Counted from the first letter of the stretch, positions 45,103 through 54,826 are shown. The stretch is DNA of 64,000 nt from Tolypothrix carrinoi HA7290-LM1 (GCA_019358935.1 JAHHIK010000015.1:37028-101027); one strand, 5' to 3'. Translations and numbers: made by a program. Notes: generated by a model from the sequence alone, not told the origin.

Positions 45103-45375
45103 ATGCCTCAAGAAATTATTGACTTGGATATTTATCGACAATTGGGCGGATGCTTTTATTTAGTCGTTCCCGTTTGTGATAGTGACGAGGAATTTGATGC
45201 TTTAATGGCAGATGCCCAAAAAGTCGAGCAAGCAACTGTAAAAATGCTGCAAGGAACAATCAATATTGAGGAATTATTAGAATCTATTGAAAATTTTGTG
45301 CCTTCAATAGATTCTTATATAGAAGAAGTTGAAGAAAATATGAATGAGTCTTTAATTAAGATTTACAAGTATTAA
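45103..45375 (+). CDS. Small acidic hypothetical protein
   Basis: ATG 1 nt after the previous stop; very D/E-rich. Confidence 0.7.
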   Translation: MPQEIIDLDIYRQLGGCFYLVVPVCDSDEEFDALMADAQKVEQATVKMLQGTINIEELLESIENFVPSIDSYIEEVEENMNESLIKIYKY

Positions 45376-45376
45376 G

Positions 45377-45757
45377 ATGCCGCAAACTACCGATAGTTTG
45401 GGGACTTGGGATAATTTAGGTGTTTTGACTTTAACCCCAGAATGGCAAGTATTTCCAGTCTCAATTATTAGAACAAATACTTTAAGATTTACTTATCTTT
45501 ATGATTTAAATGACTGGGAAAATTCAGCCAAGTATAAATCTTATATTATTGCTAGATTTTATTACCCAACTATAAATAATACAGTCTCACCGTCGTTTCG
45601 GTTATACCCGAAGCCAGAACAAGAGATTAGATATTATCAAGAGAATGAAAATCTTTTAGATATTGGAGCTAAAAAAATTATTTACTCTCGCAAATATAAA
45701 TATGTCAACATAGAATCTATAGAAGTCAAGCTGCAAGTAGAAGCATTGTTAATATGA
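45377..45757 (+). CDS. Hypothetical beta-rich protein
   Basis: Coupled ORF with alternating hydrophobic pattern. Confidence 0.7.
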   Translation: MPQTTDSLGTWDNLGVLTLTPEWQVFPVSIIRTNTLRFTYLYDLNDWENSAKYKSYIIARFYYPTINNTVSPSFRLYPKPEQEIRYYQENENLLDIGAKKIIYSRKYKYVNIESIEVKLQVEALLI

Positions 45758-46494
45758 GCGAAGATATCATTTTGTCTGGTTCAGAAGAAACTTTAAAGCC
45801 AATTATTACTTTACTTATTGCGATTCATCAGCTAATTGAGAATCGGGATGTAGGGGATATCGTGGCAGCTCCGATGCCGGAAGTTGTTAGAGCTGAACCA
45901 CAAAGCGTGAAAGTAACAATTTTTTTTAGCCCAAACAAAGAACCACCTTTTAGAAATCAACCGGGCAGTCCAGAGTTAAAACCTTACTGCAATATTCCAG
46001 ATATAAATTTAAAAAAATTAACTTGGGCTAATATTAAACTTGCAGCCGGAGGAACCAACGGCTACAATTGGGGACGATTTCGAGCTACTGCTAACCTAAG
46101 TAATAAAAGGCAGATGCAAATACATGCTGGCAGCGAGAAAGAAGCCGAAGAACGAATTTTAGCCTTTGCGGATTTATCAAAAGCGACAATATTGACCTTA
46201 TCTATTACTGAAGAAAAAAAAGTAGGTAGACGCGCTAAAAACAAACTTTTATACAAAGAAACTACTCGCATATATCCAACTTATTTTACTGTAGTTAATA
46301 ACCAAAAAATTTTAACTGAAGCCGAGAGAGAACAGTATCCCCCAGAACTAAAGGTAAAAGGAAAATTGGCAGGAGATTTTAGACGAATAAAAACTCAGAA
46401 AATTCCCCTTTGGACTATTAAAGAGCCGCCAAACGTCAAGGCAATTATTAAAGAAGCATTGCGAGTGCGTGGTAGTGCTAAAGACGATGATTAA
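45754..46494 (+). CDS. Hypothetical basic protein
   Basis: 246-aa ORF, ATGA overlap. Confidence 0.75.
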   Translation: MSEDIILSGSEETLKPIITLLIAIHQLIENRDVGDIVAAPMPEVVRAEPQSVKVTIFFSPNKEPPFRNQPGSPELKPYCNIPDINLKKLTWANIKLAAGGTNGYNWGRFRATANLSNKRQMQIHAGSEKEAEERILAFADLSKATILTLSITEEKKVGRRAKNKLLYKETTRIYPTYFTVVNNQKILTEAEREQYPPELKVKGKLAGDFRRIKTQKIPLWTIKEPPNVKAIIKEALRVRGSAKDDD

Positions 46495-47486
46495 GCAAAG
46501 CTGATTCTTACATCAGTCGGATTGCCCAAGGTTGCTTGCCTCATCAGTACTTGTGCGGCAAGCTGGCTATCAAGAGTATTCGCCACAATATACCCTGCCT
46601 CCATACAGCTATCAGCGAATCCTTCGAGCGCCTGTTCAAAGAATTGTCTTTGACCTTTATCAGGAATAGCTTCAATTCGCTTCTCAATTACATCTTGGTG
46701 AATTGTCCAAGAAGGTCGGTTACTTTCTCCCCACTTATTCCAGTTCTCCTCACCGATCAAATTTTTGACAGCCTTGGCAAAAGGATTACTAGGATTCTTT
46801 TTCAAAAACCTTCTGGCGGACTTAAATTTTTCAGCTAAAGTTGCATTTACAAGAGTTTGAAATGCCATACGGCTAATACCGTTTACGTGCCCATAAATTT
46901 CGTTTTTGGCATCGTCATCTAAATCTCGCATGATCGCCGCTCCTACCGCAGGATTAAAAGCGAAGGCGACAGCACCGGGAATAGCTCCGCACACCAAATA
47001 TCCGACGGCGCTACCGACAGTTTCACCCAGCAGCCCGTAAAAACTTTCGATTTTTGCTGTCAGCGCGGCATCTAATTCTGCATCGGATTGATTGATATTA
47101 AAGTTAACTACAAAATTAGTGGTATTAATCACGGTGCTAACCACTTGGGTTAAAGTAAATCCGATGGCACCCGCCGCTAAAAAACTAGCGGTCAGCGCTC
47201 CTACCGTGCCCAAGCTAGCGCAAGCTGAGAAAGCGGCAACTCCTCCAACCACAACTAGTCCTACAGCAGTACCTGCAAGAATTGGCAGAGCAAGAGATTT
47301 TACCGTTGTAACAACAGGCTCGAAAGCCTGTTTTGCTTTCCCCTCTAAGCGCGAATATAAAAGCAAAGCATTTGCACTCAATCCAGCAGCAATCGCCGGA
47401 TTAGCAAAAGCGTAAGCTTGTAGCATTCCTTTTGCCGCCTGCTTGCCAAAAGATAAAGCTTTATCAAGAATTAGTGGTAATGGCAT
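46491..47486 (-). CDS. Ala/Gly-rich membrane protein
   Basis: 331 aa with several long hydrophobic segments. Confidence 0.75.
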   Translation of the reverse strand: MPLPLILDKALSFGKQAAKGMLQAYAFANPAIAAGLSANALLLYSRLEGKAKQAFEPVVTTVKSLALPILAGTAVGLVVVGGVAAFSACASLGTVGALTASFLAAGAIGFTLTQVVSTVINTTNFVVNFNINQSDAELDAALTAKIESFYGLLGETVGSAVGYLVCGAIPGAVAFAFNPAVGAAIMRDLDDDAKNEIYGHVNGISRMAFQTLVNATLAEKFKSARRFLKKNPSNPFAKAVKNLIGEENWNKWGESNRPSWTIHQDVIEKRIEAIPDKGQRQFFEQALEGFADSCMEAGYIVANTLDSQLAAQVLMRQATLGNPTDVRISFA

Positions 47487-47488
47487 AT

Positions 47489-47812
47489 TTAAATTATTTT
47501 GTTAGGTTCTTTAGGGTTGACAATTGAAGTGCGTCGAATTTTAATTTTATGTTTATTATCCTTGGTTTCCTCCTGATGATTATTTGCTATACTTTCAAGC
47601 CGCCTACAATAAGCGTCAAAAGCTTTAAATTTTTTATCCCTAGCTTTTTGACCAAGTTTTAAATCACTTTCCACGTCTTTTTGTTTTTTTATTTTGTCAC
47701 CAATTTTCCCTCCCAATGGTTTTTTACCTGATAAAACTTCGGATAAATCTGTTATTTTATCAACCTTCTTCCTAAGTAAAAGTTCTGATTGAGCTTCGGA
47801 ATTCTGAGGCAT
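47489..47812 (-). CDS. Lys-rich hypothetical protein
   Basis: 107 aa, coupled to both neighbours. Confidence 0.7.
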   Translation of the reverse strand: MPQNSEAQSELLLRKKVDKITDLSEVLSGKKPLGGKIGDKIKKQKDVESDLKLGQKARDKKFKAFDAYCRRLESIANNHQEETKDNKHKIKIRRTSIVNPKEPNKII

Positions 47813-49626
47813 TATTTATCCGTCCTTTGATATAAAATTGCTCGGAGCATTGATGCCATTTGCAGTAAGTCCATTAAATGGTCTTTAAGAGAATTGTCTC
47901 CGGTCCAGTCATCGTAGCTAAAACTAACACTTCCCGGTTTTAAAAATTCCTTGTGGTCTTCATTAATTTCTGTCACTTCAAATTGCCCTTTACTATTTTG
48001 AACTACGTAGGGCAGTTTGACAGAAGTGGGGATTGTTCCGGTTACTGTTTGTGTTGGGTAATCTAAATAATCTTGAATATCTGCGGCGATTAAAGAGGCT
48101 TTATGCGCCGCTGCTCTAGCTGCTACGACCTCCATTGCAATTTTAAAAATTAGCTCTGTCTGCACATTGTTTTGTTTCGCACTTTGAGCAACCAAAAGCG
48201 TAATTTCTTTTAAGGTTTCAGCCACGTTCGGTAGTACAACTGTAGATTTGACAGGCTTCCCCTTCTTATCTTTTTCTCCTGTTTCAAACTCTAGAACTTG
48301 ATGAAATTCTCCTAATACTGCTGAATCTTGTTCGGACATCCAAGCCACAAATTCAGTAAGAGTATTGATTTTGCGCTTTTTGGTTCCGTCAATGAAACCA
48401 AATATTTTGGCAAATATTCCTTCTTTATGAGGCTCAATGACCGTATCAGGTACGCTGACGGGAAAATTTTCTATTCCCACAATTCTACTAACGATTTCAA
48501 TGCGCTCAACGGCTAACTTTAAAAAGTCGTTAAGGGTTTGTGGTTTTTTCTTTGCCTTTTGCGCTCCTTTACGATTTAAATCCTCGTCAAAAATCGTTAC
48601 TTCTTTTGGTTCTCCAATTCGCTTAAGAATTAGTCTTAACAGTTGGTCGTTTTGTTCAACGTTAGGGCAACAACACATACAGTTAGGTGGTGGTGGTGAA
48701 TTGTTTCTTTCGTAAGGTCGGCAGTAAATTCCGCCCGTGTATTCAGCAATAGTGTGAACGTTATTACTGGTATGCTGTTGATAGTTGGGGTGCAACAACA
48801 TTGTCTCTTGAAGACGTTCGTAAGTTCCATGAAACACGGAAATATCTATATCGCCTGGATAATAACCAACCCAACTAAGTCTATTTGGCTGTAAATCTTC
48901 ATACAATGGCTGGTAAACTAAATCTTCACCGTCTCGCCTGCGAACGGAACGAATATCAGCATGAATTTTAAAAGTTTTATTGGAGATATGGGTATACTCA
49001 TAATCTCCCCTAGGCAAACCTCTTCCAATTCGGTGCCGTTTCCAACGTGCGCTAACCAGTATTCCTGGTACTTTTGGATTAATTTCTGGAAAGATGATAG
49101 AAGGAATGACCGTTAGTATTTGGACAGTCCAAACTTCGTCAAACCAGCCGTCTTCTGGTGGATCGCCTATTCTTTGTCGCCAATAATCTCCCCAAAATAA
49201 AAGCAAATGTTCGCCTTCTCCACAATAATTAGGGGAGGGAGTTGAGGGGGTTGTTTGCGTAGTAGTGGTAATGGGGGGATTCTTTTCTGGTGGTTCAGGA
49301 ATGCAATTAGGATTACGATAAACAATTTGCACCGGGGGAACTTTTATAAATGCAAATGAACCGTCAAATTGAATCCCTAAATTGCACTCGTCTCGCACCA
49401 TTGAAACTTCAATAGAAGGAGCGAATTTAGCCGTAAGAGGATTTCCCCCGCAGTAGGGGCTATCAGGATAGCGATTGCAATCTGTTGGATCTGCGGGTTC
49501 ATCAGGAGTAGCGTAAAAAGGCGAGTTAAAAAGAGGCACTAAGCCTTCTTGTGGCTCTTGCGCGTTGTCCCAAAAATCTTTGGCTTGTTTGGCTTTTTGG
49601 AAAGGTTTAAATCTTTGGCGTACCAT
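47812..49626 (-). CDS. Large Pro/Cys-rich hypothetical protein (candidate adsorption/structural protein)
   Basis: 604 aa; DPTDCNRYPDSPYCG, PT-rich linker, PPPPNCMCCCP. Confidence 0.8.
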   Translation of the reverse strand: MVRQRFKPFQKAKQAKDFWDNAQEPQEGLVPLFNSPFYATPDEPADPTDCNRYPDSPYCGGNPLTAKFAPSIEVSMVRDECNLGIQFDGSFAFIKVPPVQIVYRNPNCIPEPPEKNPPITTTTQTTPSTPSPNYCGEGEHLLLFWGDYWRQRIGDPPEDGWFDEVWTVQILTVIPSIIFPEINPKVPGILVSARWKRHRIGRGLPRGDYEYTHISNKTFKIHADIRSVRRRDGEDLVYQPLYEDLQPNRLSWVGYYPGDIDISVFHGTYERLQETMLLHPNYQQHTSNNVHTIAEYTGGIYCRPYERNNSPPPPNCMCCCPNVEQNDQLLRLILKRIGEPKEVTIFDEDLNRKGAQKAKKKPQTLNDFLKLAVERIEIVSRIVGIENFPVSVPDTVIEPHKEGIFAKIFGFIDGTKKRKINTLTEFVAWMSEQDSAVLGEFHQVLEFETGEKDKKGKPVKSTVVLPNVAETLKEITLLVAQSAKQNNVQTELIFKIAMEVVAARAAAHKASLIAADIQDYLDYPTQTVTGTIPTSVKLPYVVQNSKGQFEVTEINEDHKEFLKPGSVSFSYDDWTGDNSLKDHLMDLLQMASMLRAILYQRTDK

Positions 49627-49796
49627 TATCTTTGTTTGTAGCGTTGAATTAAAGGATGTTTGCTACTGTTTGTTAAACGGTTATATTTATCTGTCATTAT
49701 CTCTAAGTCAACTTGACCATAGATTTTGTATGGAATCTTAAAATCTTCTGGGTCGTTGACAACTTCAAATATGAGTTCAAAAGGATTTTTTAACAT
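49626..49796 (-). CDS. Hypothetical 56-aa protein (not in ORF track)
   Basis: MLKNPFELIFEVVNDPEDF...YKQR*; TAATG coupling to the downstream gene. Confidence 0.55.
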   Translation of the reverse strand: MLKNPFELIFEVVNDPEDFKIPYKIYGQVDLEIMTDKYNRLTNSSKHPLIQRYKQR

Positions 49797-49798
49797 TT

Positions 49799-50200
49799 TC
49801 AATTCAACCCAAAAAAGAAATTAAGCCCTACACCTGAGCTATTACCACTTGCAAGTTTTATCACTCCACTCGGTTCTACTTGTATCCGAGAAGTTCCCCC
49901 GCCTGCCCAAGTAGCAAGTAGCATTATTTCACTTGGTCTATAACCAACAGGCAAAGTGGTTATTATCTCGTTGGCAACAAGCGCGGTTGACTTTTTAATT
50001 AAGCCCTTTACTTCCACTAAATCTCCGATAGTTTTGCGACATTGAGGAGTTGTGTAACCAGTGCCGTAGTTAGACCATCCGGTGTTTAGGGATAAATTTT
50101 GCCACGCGGTCGGTAAATGCTGATGATCAACTGCTGCTTTTGTATCCAGTGCCGCTTGTAGTTCTTCAATTTCTTGTTCAGAATTATTGTATATTGGCAT
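49799..50200 (-). CDS. Phage fibre/receptor-binding tip-like protein
   Basis: WQNLSLNTGW...LVEVKG...ITTLPVGYRP motif typical of tail-fibre C-terminal domains, preceded by a short coiled coil. Confidence 0.7.
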   Translation of the reverse strand: MPIYNNSEQEIEELQAALDTKAAVDHQHLPTAWQNLSLNTGWSNYGTGYTTPQCRKTIGDLVEVKGLIKKSTALVANEIITTLPVGYRPSEIMLLATWAGGGTSRIQVEPSGVIKLASGNSSGVGLNFFFGLN

Positions 50201-50252
50201 AAGTGTTGTTTTTTAATCACTTAAAGTAATTACTTCAAGTGATTTGTAAATA

Positions 50253-50588
50253 CTAAGGGGTAAATTCTCGATAAGCAATCATACCGTTTCCAGAAACGGC
50301 ACGGGCATAAAAACTTCCCGTATAAATAGCGCCTGAGGCAGGAAGTTCATAAACACCACCAGGCTTTAATACAAACATATGATAGTCCGCATCAAGAGGA
50401 CCTTCGTAAACATCAAAAAAAACGTTACTGCTATGCGTATTTGTAATCGTTAAACCACGTCTGTCAAGATTTTCTTGAATTACTTCTAAAGCAGTAGTCT
50501 CCACCGAAGATTGTCCAATATTAACGTTTTCTGCCTTAATTATTGTGGGAGTACTGACACTAGATTCTGAAGGATTAAAGATTGGCAT
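50253..50588 (-). CDS. Small beta-sandwich putative virion protein
   Basis: NLDRRGLTITN...LKPGGVYEL...YTG; similar to the C-terminus of the upstream gene. Confidence 0.7.
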   Translation of the reverse strand: MPIFNPSESSVSTPTIIKAENVNIGQSSVETTALEVIQENLDRRGLTITNTHSSNVFFDVYEGPLDADYHMFVLKPGGVYELPASGAIYTGSFYARAVSGNGMIAYREFTP

Positions 50589-50605
50589 TTTTCTTATCTA
50601 AAAAA

Positions 50606-51400
50606 CTAGCTACACTCTACTCCAGAAACAGAAGAAATGTCACTAGCCGATATTGCAGATATTGCTCCTAAGTAGGGCTTGTCTAAATCAAAACTCCCGG
50701 CAGGAGTCAAGTAAATCCCTTTACCTAAAGTTGCTGTGTCTCCTAAATTTAAATAAATCGAATGGTTGCCATTATTTGTAATAGCTAAATATTTCCTTAA
50801 GGAGTTGGCTTCAAGAATAATCGTACTTTCTACATCTACTAGTTCTTCAAAATCAATAGTGTTTTGAATTGTCGCGTTGCTATCAACTACTATTTCCTGG
50901 ACGTAAGAACCGTGAATTGTCACCGAGTCACCTGTTTGTAACGCACCATATCCAACGTCTTGAATCTGTACGCCAATCCGTCCATTCTCCCCTAGCTCAA
51001 TCGCTAGGTTGTCAGTTATGAGATCCATTAAATTATAAATTCGGTAGGGATAGCCAGAAGGATTCAGCAAGCTAATTGCACCGACTTGATACCAGTCTGT
51101 CTGATTATCCGAAATATACAAGTTTAACTGCTTTCTCGCACTTCCCCACTCAATATCTAACGTTTTGTAAAGCTTATCAGTTTCACTATCTTCAAGCTGA
51201 AAGTTTGGAAGCTTCACTGGTGCAAGACTACTGATTTTGGCATGAGCTTTAAGATTTTTCACGAAAGCGTTAACGCTGATGATTTGACCGGGATAGCTAC
51301 CAGTCAAAGTATTTGAGAAAATTGGGATTACAGCTTGTCCCGTGGCAGAGTCGAGGCTTTTGACAATAGTTTTAGCTTTGTTGAAAGTTGAAATTGTCAC
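50606..51400 (-). CDS. Two-domain beta-rich putative virion protein
   Basis: Beta-rich N-terminal domain plus ANSLRKYLAITNNG...LTPAGSFDL...YLG C-terminal domain. Confidence 0.75.
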   Translation of the reverse strand: MTISTFNKAKTIVKSLDSATGQAVIPIFSNTLTGSYPGQIISVNAFVKNLKAHAKISSLAPVKLPNFQLEDSETDKLYKTLDIEWGSARKQLNLYISDNQTDWYQVGAISLLNPSGYPYRIYNLMDLITDNLAIELGENGRIGVQIQDVGYGALQTGDSVTIHGSYVQEIVVDSNATIQNTIDFEELVDVESTIILEANSLRKYLAITNNGNHSIYLNLGDTATLGKGIYLTPAGSFDLDKPYLGAISAISASDISSVSGVECS

Positions 51401-51474
51401 TTAGTCGGAAGTATAGACTAAGCTTGGTTTTAACTGAAAAAGCTTGTTTTGTAAAGATTTTGAACAAAAAGTAA

Positions 51475-51780
51475 ATGTACGAACTTACCCCCAAAGAATT
51501 AGAGATTCTTTCTCTTGTGGTCGAAGGTAAGACTAATAAAGAAATAGCCCAAATACAAAGTATCGCAAAAAGAACCGTCGAATCTCACGTTCACAACATC
51601 TTGGGACAAACTAACTGCCGTTCGCGTTGCGAGCTAATAGTACTGTATTTAAGCGCCAAAGATAAATTCAGACCCAGGAAAAAGGGGGGAGTGTCTATTC
51701 GACTGCAAATTACGGAACTTTTTATTAAAAACAAGGGAATTTTATCCCCCGCCGTAGCCGCGTCTCGGACTGGTGCATAG
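51475..51780 (+). CDS. LuxR-type HTH regulator
   Basis: LTPKELEILSLVVEGKTNKEIA...TVESHVHNIL; may continue in a shifted frame (SGGYAENVILELNRL) to 51856. Confidence 0.88.
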   Translation: MYELTPKELEILSLVVEGKTNKEIAQIQSIAKRTVESHVHNILGQTNCRSRCELIVLYLSAKDKFRPRKKGGVSIRLQITELFIKNKGILSPAVAASRTGA

Positions 51781-51869
51781 CGGAGGCTATGCCGAAAATG
51801 TAATTCTCGAACTGAACAGGTTAGCCAAAAATTCTGAAATTCTAGGTCAAGAGTAACGCACGGTCAGAT

Positions 51870-52142
51870 TTAAAAATCGCTTAACGATACATTTGGATAG
51901 TTTGGGTGTCGATGAAGCATGTAATGGTAGGGGCACTCCCAATCGCAATCCTCACTCCCGGCATAAAGACAGCCATAATCGGGTTGAAAACCACAATCGA
52001 ATTCAAAGTCAAAATCGTCGTCTTCAACTAAATCGTCATAATCGTCGTTAGGAAACCAGCTATGACCGCAGGCTTGACAGATGTACATTTCTGCCGATGG
52101 GTCATAGCTGACGGCGGTTGAGGGACAAACTGAGCAGATCAT
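51870..52142 (-). CDS. Acidic Zn-ribbon protein
   Basis: CxxC...CxxC plus D-rich tract; overlaps the primase stop. Confidence 0.7.
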   Translation of the reverse strand: MICSVCPSTAVSYDPSAEMYICQACGHSWFPNDDYDDLVEDDDFDFEFDCGFQPDYGCLYAGSEDCDWECPYHYMLHRHPNYPNVSLSDF

Positions 52143-54826
52143 TTTTCTAATTTGAATTCGTTATCCCCAGCAACTCGGATGCGATCGCCCGTCGGAGTTT
52201 CAAAAACGTACCAACTATTAACTGGGTGTTCCGGAACTTCAACGCATTTACAACCCTGAACCCAAATAAGTTCTGGCTCTAGCATCGATCCAGTTATCTG
52301 TTGAACTTGATAGCGCCGCGACGGATGCTTGATGGCTTCATTCATGCGATCTGCTATTTCTTTAGTGGCGAATTCTTCAGCTTCAGCTTTCTTGCTGATT
52401 GACCCAAATTTACGGCTAGTAATGCCGTTGGCGAACTGAAATTCAAACCGACATTCAATCCGATTATCCTTTTTGCGAATTTTTTGGAGAGTAACAAGGC
52501 AGGTGGAAGTTCCCAGAGGACTATCAGTTTTCACTTCAAAAGGTTGGGGAAGTGGTAAGCCGGTTCGAGGGCAGGTTAGCTCTGTCGGTTTTAGGGGTAA
52601 AGGATTAAATTCTTTGTCTGTTGTCTCTTCAAAAATAAATGTTGGTTTTTGAGGGGGATCTAGGGGGATCGAGTTGACGTTATTTTCTTGAAAGTCCTGC
52701 ATTGAGCCGTTTGCAACTCGATCCCCCTCATTTTCGCTTTTTTGACTCTTTGTATCAGTATTGACATTGCTTTTGTCGATCCCCCTAGATCCCCCTAAAA
52801 TATCAACATTTATTTTTTGATGATCATCCTTTTGAGTACTTACATCAGAAGTTACATTGCCTTGGACGATCCCCCTAGATCCCCCTAAAATATCAACATT
52901 TATTTTTGGTTCTTGCCAGAGACGAACCCATTGTCCGTTGACATATTTTCGGACTTTTTGCCACTTAAGATAGCGAAGGATTGAAGTAACCCGCTTCGTG
53001 AATCCCATGTCTTGCCTGTCTGGGTCAATGCCGAGGTGTTTGAAAATTTCATCAAGTGTTATTTCAACTTGGTTTTGGACAAAACGCTGGATCTTTTCAT
53101 GCCAGGGGTCTTCCGTTTGATAATCTTTATTCATTTCCTCTTGGCGCGCTGAGTCTTCCCAGTTCAAGTACCACTTTTCACCGGATCTGTAGAGAGCGTA
53201 AGCAGATGCCCAAATTTGGTCTCTTTCTGACTCTAGTTGGTCTATGGGAATTCGCTTGGTAGCTGGGATAATCCAAAAACGCCGACTTCCTGTGGGGTCT
53301 GAGAGAAGTTCTTGTTCGTTAGTAGTACCTACCAGAACCGATTGACGCGGATACTCTTTAAACGAGCGAGAGTAGGGAGTCCTGATCGGGTCGATTTTTG
53401 TGGTCATGAACTTTTTAATAGACGAAATATCCTTACGCTTATAAACCGTCTCGAATTCTGCCCATTCAAGTCCCCAAAAGCGGTGCAATTTCATCAACTC
53501 GTCCTTCTCGTTCGCGTCGCCTAGCTCGTCAGTGAACCATTCTTTACTAAATAACTTCTCCCAAAAGGTACTCTTTCCAATACCTTGCTCGCCTATCAAA
53601 ATAGTTGCTTCGTCGTGCTTGCACCCTGGCTCTTTTATCCTGGCAACTGCCGCTATTAGCGTCTTTTTCAGATAAAGATTATGTAGCGGTTCATCTGTCC
53701 CAAAGTAACGAGAGGCAAGATTGTCGAGAATGCTTAAATCAGGCTGGGGATATTGTTGCGCCAAGCCATCTAGATAATCGCTAACTGGATGATAGCTATT
53801 TTCCTTCGCTAGATTTTCAACTATTGTTTGGGCATCCTGCATGGGGATATCAATGTCGAATTCTAGAGCGATTCTCAAACGAACTTGATCGAGGTCGAGT
53901 GGTTTGTCTGATAATTCAATCAAGCTTTTTAACTCGTTATATCTAAGCTCGTGTCCCCAGCCGAGCTTGACTATTTCCATGTAACGAGCGACTTTGGAGC
54001 GTTTGGTGCTTTTGATTTCCTCTAGTTGCTCCCGCCAAGTCTCCTTTATCTGTTCGTGCCACTCTTCGATTGTTAAGGCTGAATCGACTAGCTGGTTAAA
54101 CGCTTCTTTTCCCTTAACGGCAATAAAATCGTCCATCCCCTTTAATTCTCCTGGGGGAAGTTGAATGACCATAACTTTAGAACCAGTGGCAGCTAACTCT
54201 CGTGCCATTGCTAATAAAGCAGTTTGTACTTGGCGTTTTGACATTACGTCGTTGTCGAAGGCGAGGTAAAAAACTCTGCCAAACCCAGTAAACAATTCTA
54301 AAGAAGGGTGGAGTCGTCCTTTTTTTCTACAAGTCGAAACACCAGGAATTGAAATAGTAGCCCGTCCGATTGATAATCCCGCTCCTGCTTTTTTAGCCCC
54401 TTCTGTTAAAAAGGTTGGTTCTGTTTTGTCGTCGATAACACCTTTCCAATATTTCTCAATCCCAGTATTGAGAAATAGAGGAGTAGCATTGTAGGTGCTA
54501 GCGCCAAGATACTTTTGGTATTTGCCTTCTTTGTTAAGAAGCGGTGCATCCGGCTTCACCTGAACGCCTAGCAGTGTAGGCTCGTCAGATAAAGGGTCTA
54601 CTCCCTTTACAGCCCAACAGGGGACTAGATTATCAGAGTGTTTCCACCTAGCTTTGTTGTTTCGGTTTAGAACTTTATCGACTTCTAAAGCGTCATGTAT
54701 CGACCAAACGTTGTTAGATATTATTGAGTCTGTGACACCACTGGATAACCATTCTTTAAAGTGGTGATTGTCGATATGCTCAGGCGCACTTATGGTAGAA
54801 TTAAGGCAGGTATTAAGATTATTCAT
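52139..54826 (-). CDS. Primase-helicase: DUF3854/TOPRIM-like domain plus VirE/VapE-type NTPase
   Basis: TEGAKKA, LAFDND, KGMDDF; GEQGIGKST, RTPY, GTTN, DPTGSRRFW motifs. Confidence 0.9.
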   Translation of the reverse strand: MNNLNTCLNSTISAPEHIDNHHFKEWLSSGVTDSIISNNVWSIHDALEVDKVLNRNNKARWKHSDNLVPCWAVKGVDPLSDEPTLLGVQVKPDAPLLNKEGKYQKYLGASTYNATPLFLNTGIEKYWKGVIDDKTEPTFLTEGAKKAGAGLSIGRATISIPGVSTCRKKGRLHPSLELFTGFGRVFYLAFDNDVMSKRQVQTALLAMARELAATGSKVMVIQLPPGELKGMDDFIAVKGKEAFNQLVDSALTIEEWHEQIKETWREQLEEIKSTKRSKVARYMEIVKLGWGHELRYNELKSLIELSDKPLDLDQVRLRIALEFDIDIPMQDAQTIVENLAKENSYHPVSDYLDGLAQQYPQPDLSILDNLASRYFGTDEPLHNLYLKKTLIAAVARIKEPGCKHDEATILIGEQGIGKSTFWEKLFSKEWFTDELGDANEKDELMKLHRFWGLEWAEFETVYKRKDISSIKKFMTTKIDPIRTPYSRSFKEYPRQSVLVGTTNEQELLSDPTGSRRFWIIPATKRIPIDQLESERDQIWASAYALYRSGEKWYLNWEDSARQEEMNKDYQTEDPWHEKIQRFVQNQVEITLDEIFKHLGIDPDRQDMGFTKRVTSILRYLKWQKVRKYVNGQWVRLWQEPKINVDILGGSRGIVQGNVTSDVSTQKDDHQKINVDILGGSRGIDKSNVNTDTKSQKSENEGDRVANGSMQDFQENNVNSIPLDPPQKPTFIFEETTDKEFNPLPLKPTELTCPRTGLPLPQPFEVKTDSPLGTSTCLVTLQKIRKKDNRIECRFEFQFANGITSRKFGSISKKAEAEEFATKEIADRMNEAIKHPSRRYQVQQITGSMLEPELIWVQGCKCVEVPEHPVNSWYVFETPTGDRIRVAGDNEFKLEK
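52631..52907. repeat. Three 41-bp iteron-like repeats inside the primase gene (one inverted)
   Basis: CGATCCCCCTAGATCCCCCTAAAATATCAACATTTATTTTT at 52777 and 52867; inverted copy (38/41) at 52631-52671. Confidence 0.9.

Noticed and set aside
52631..52907. Diversity-generating retroelement TR/VR pair
   Set aside because: The direct copies are identical, with no adenine-specific variation, and no reverse transcriptase is present
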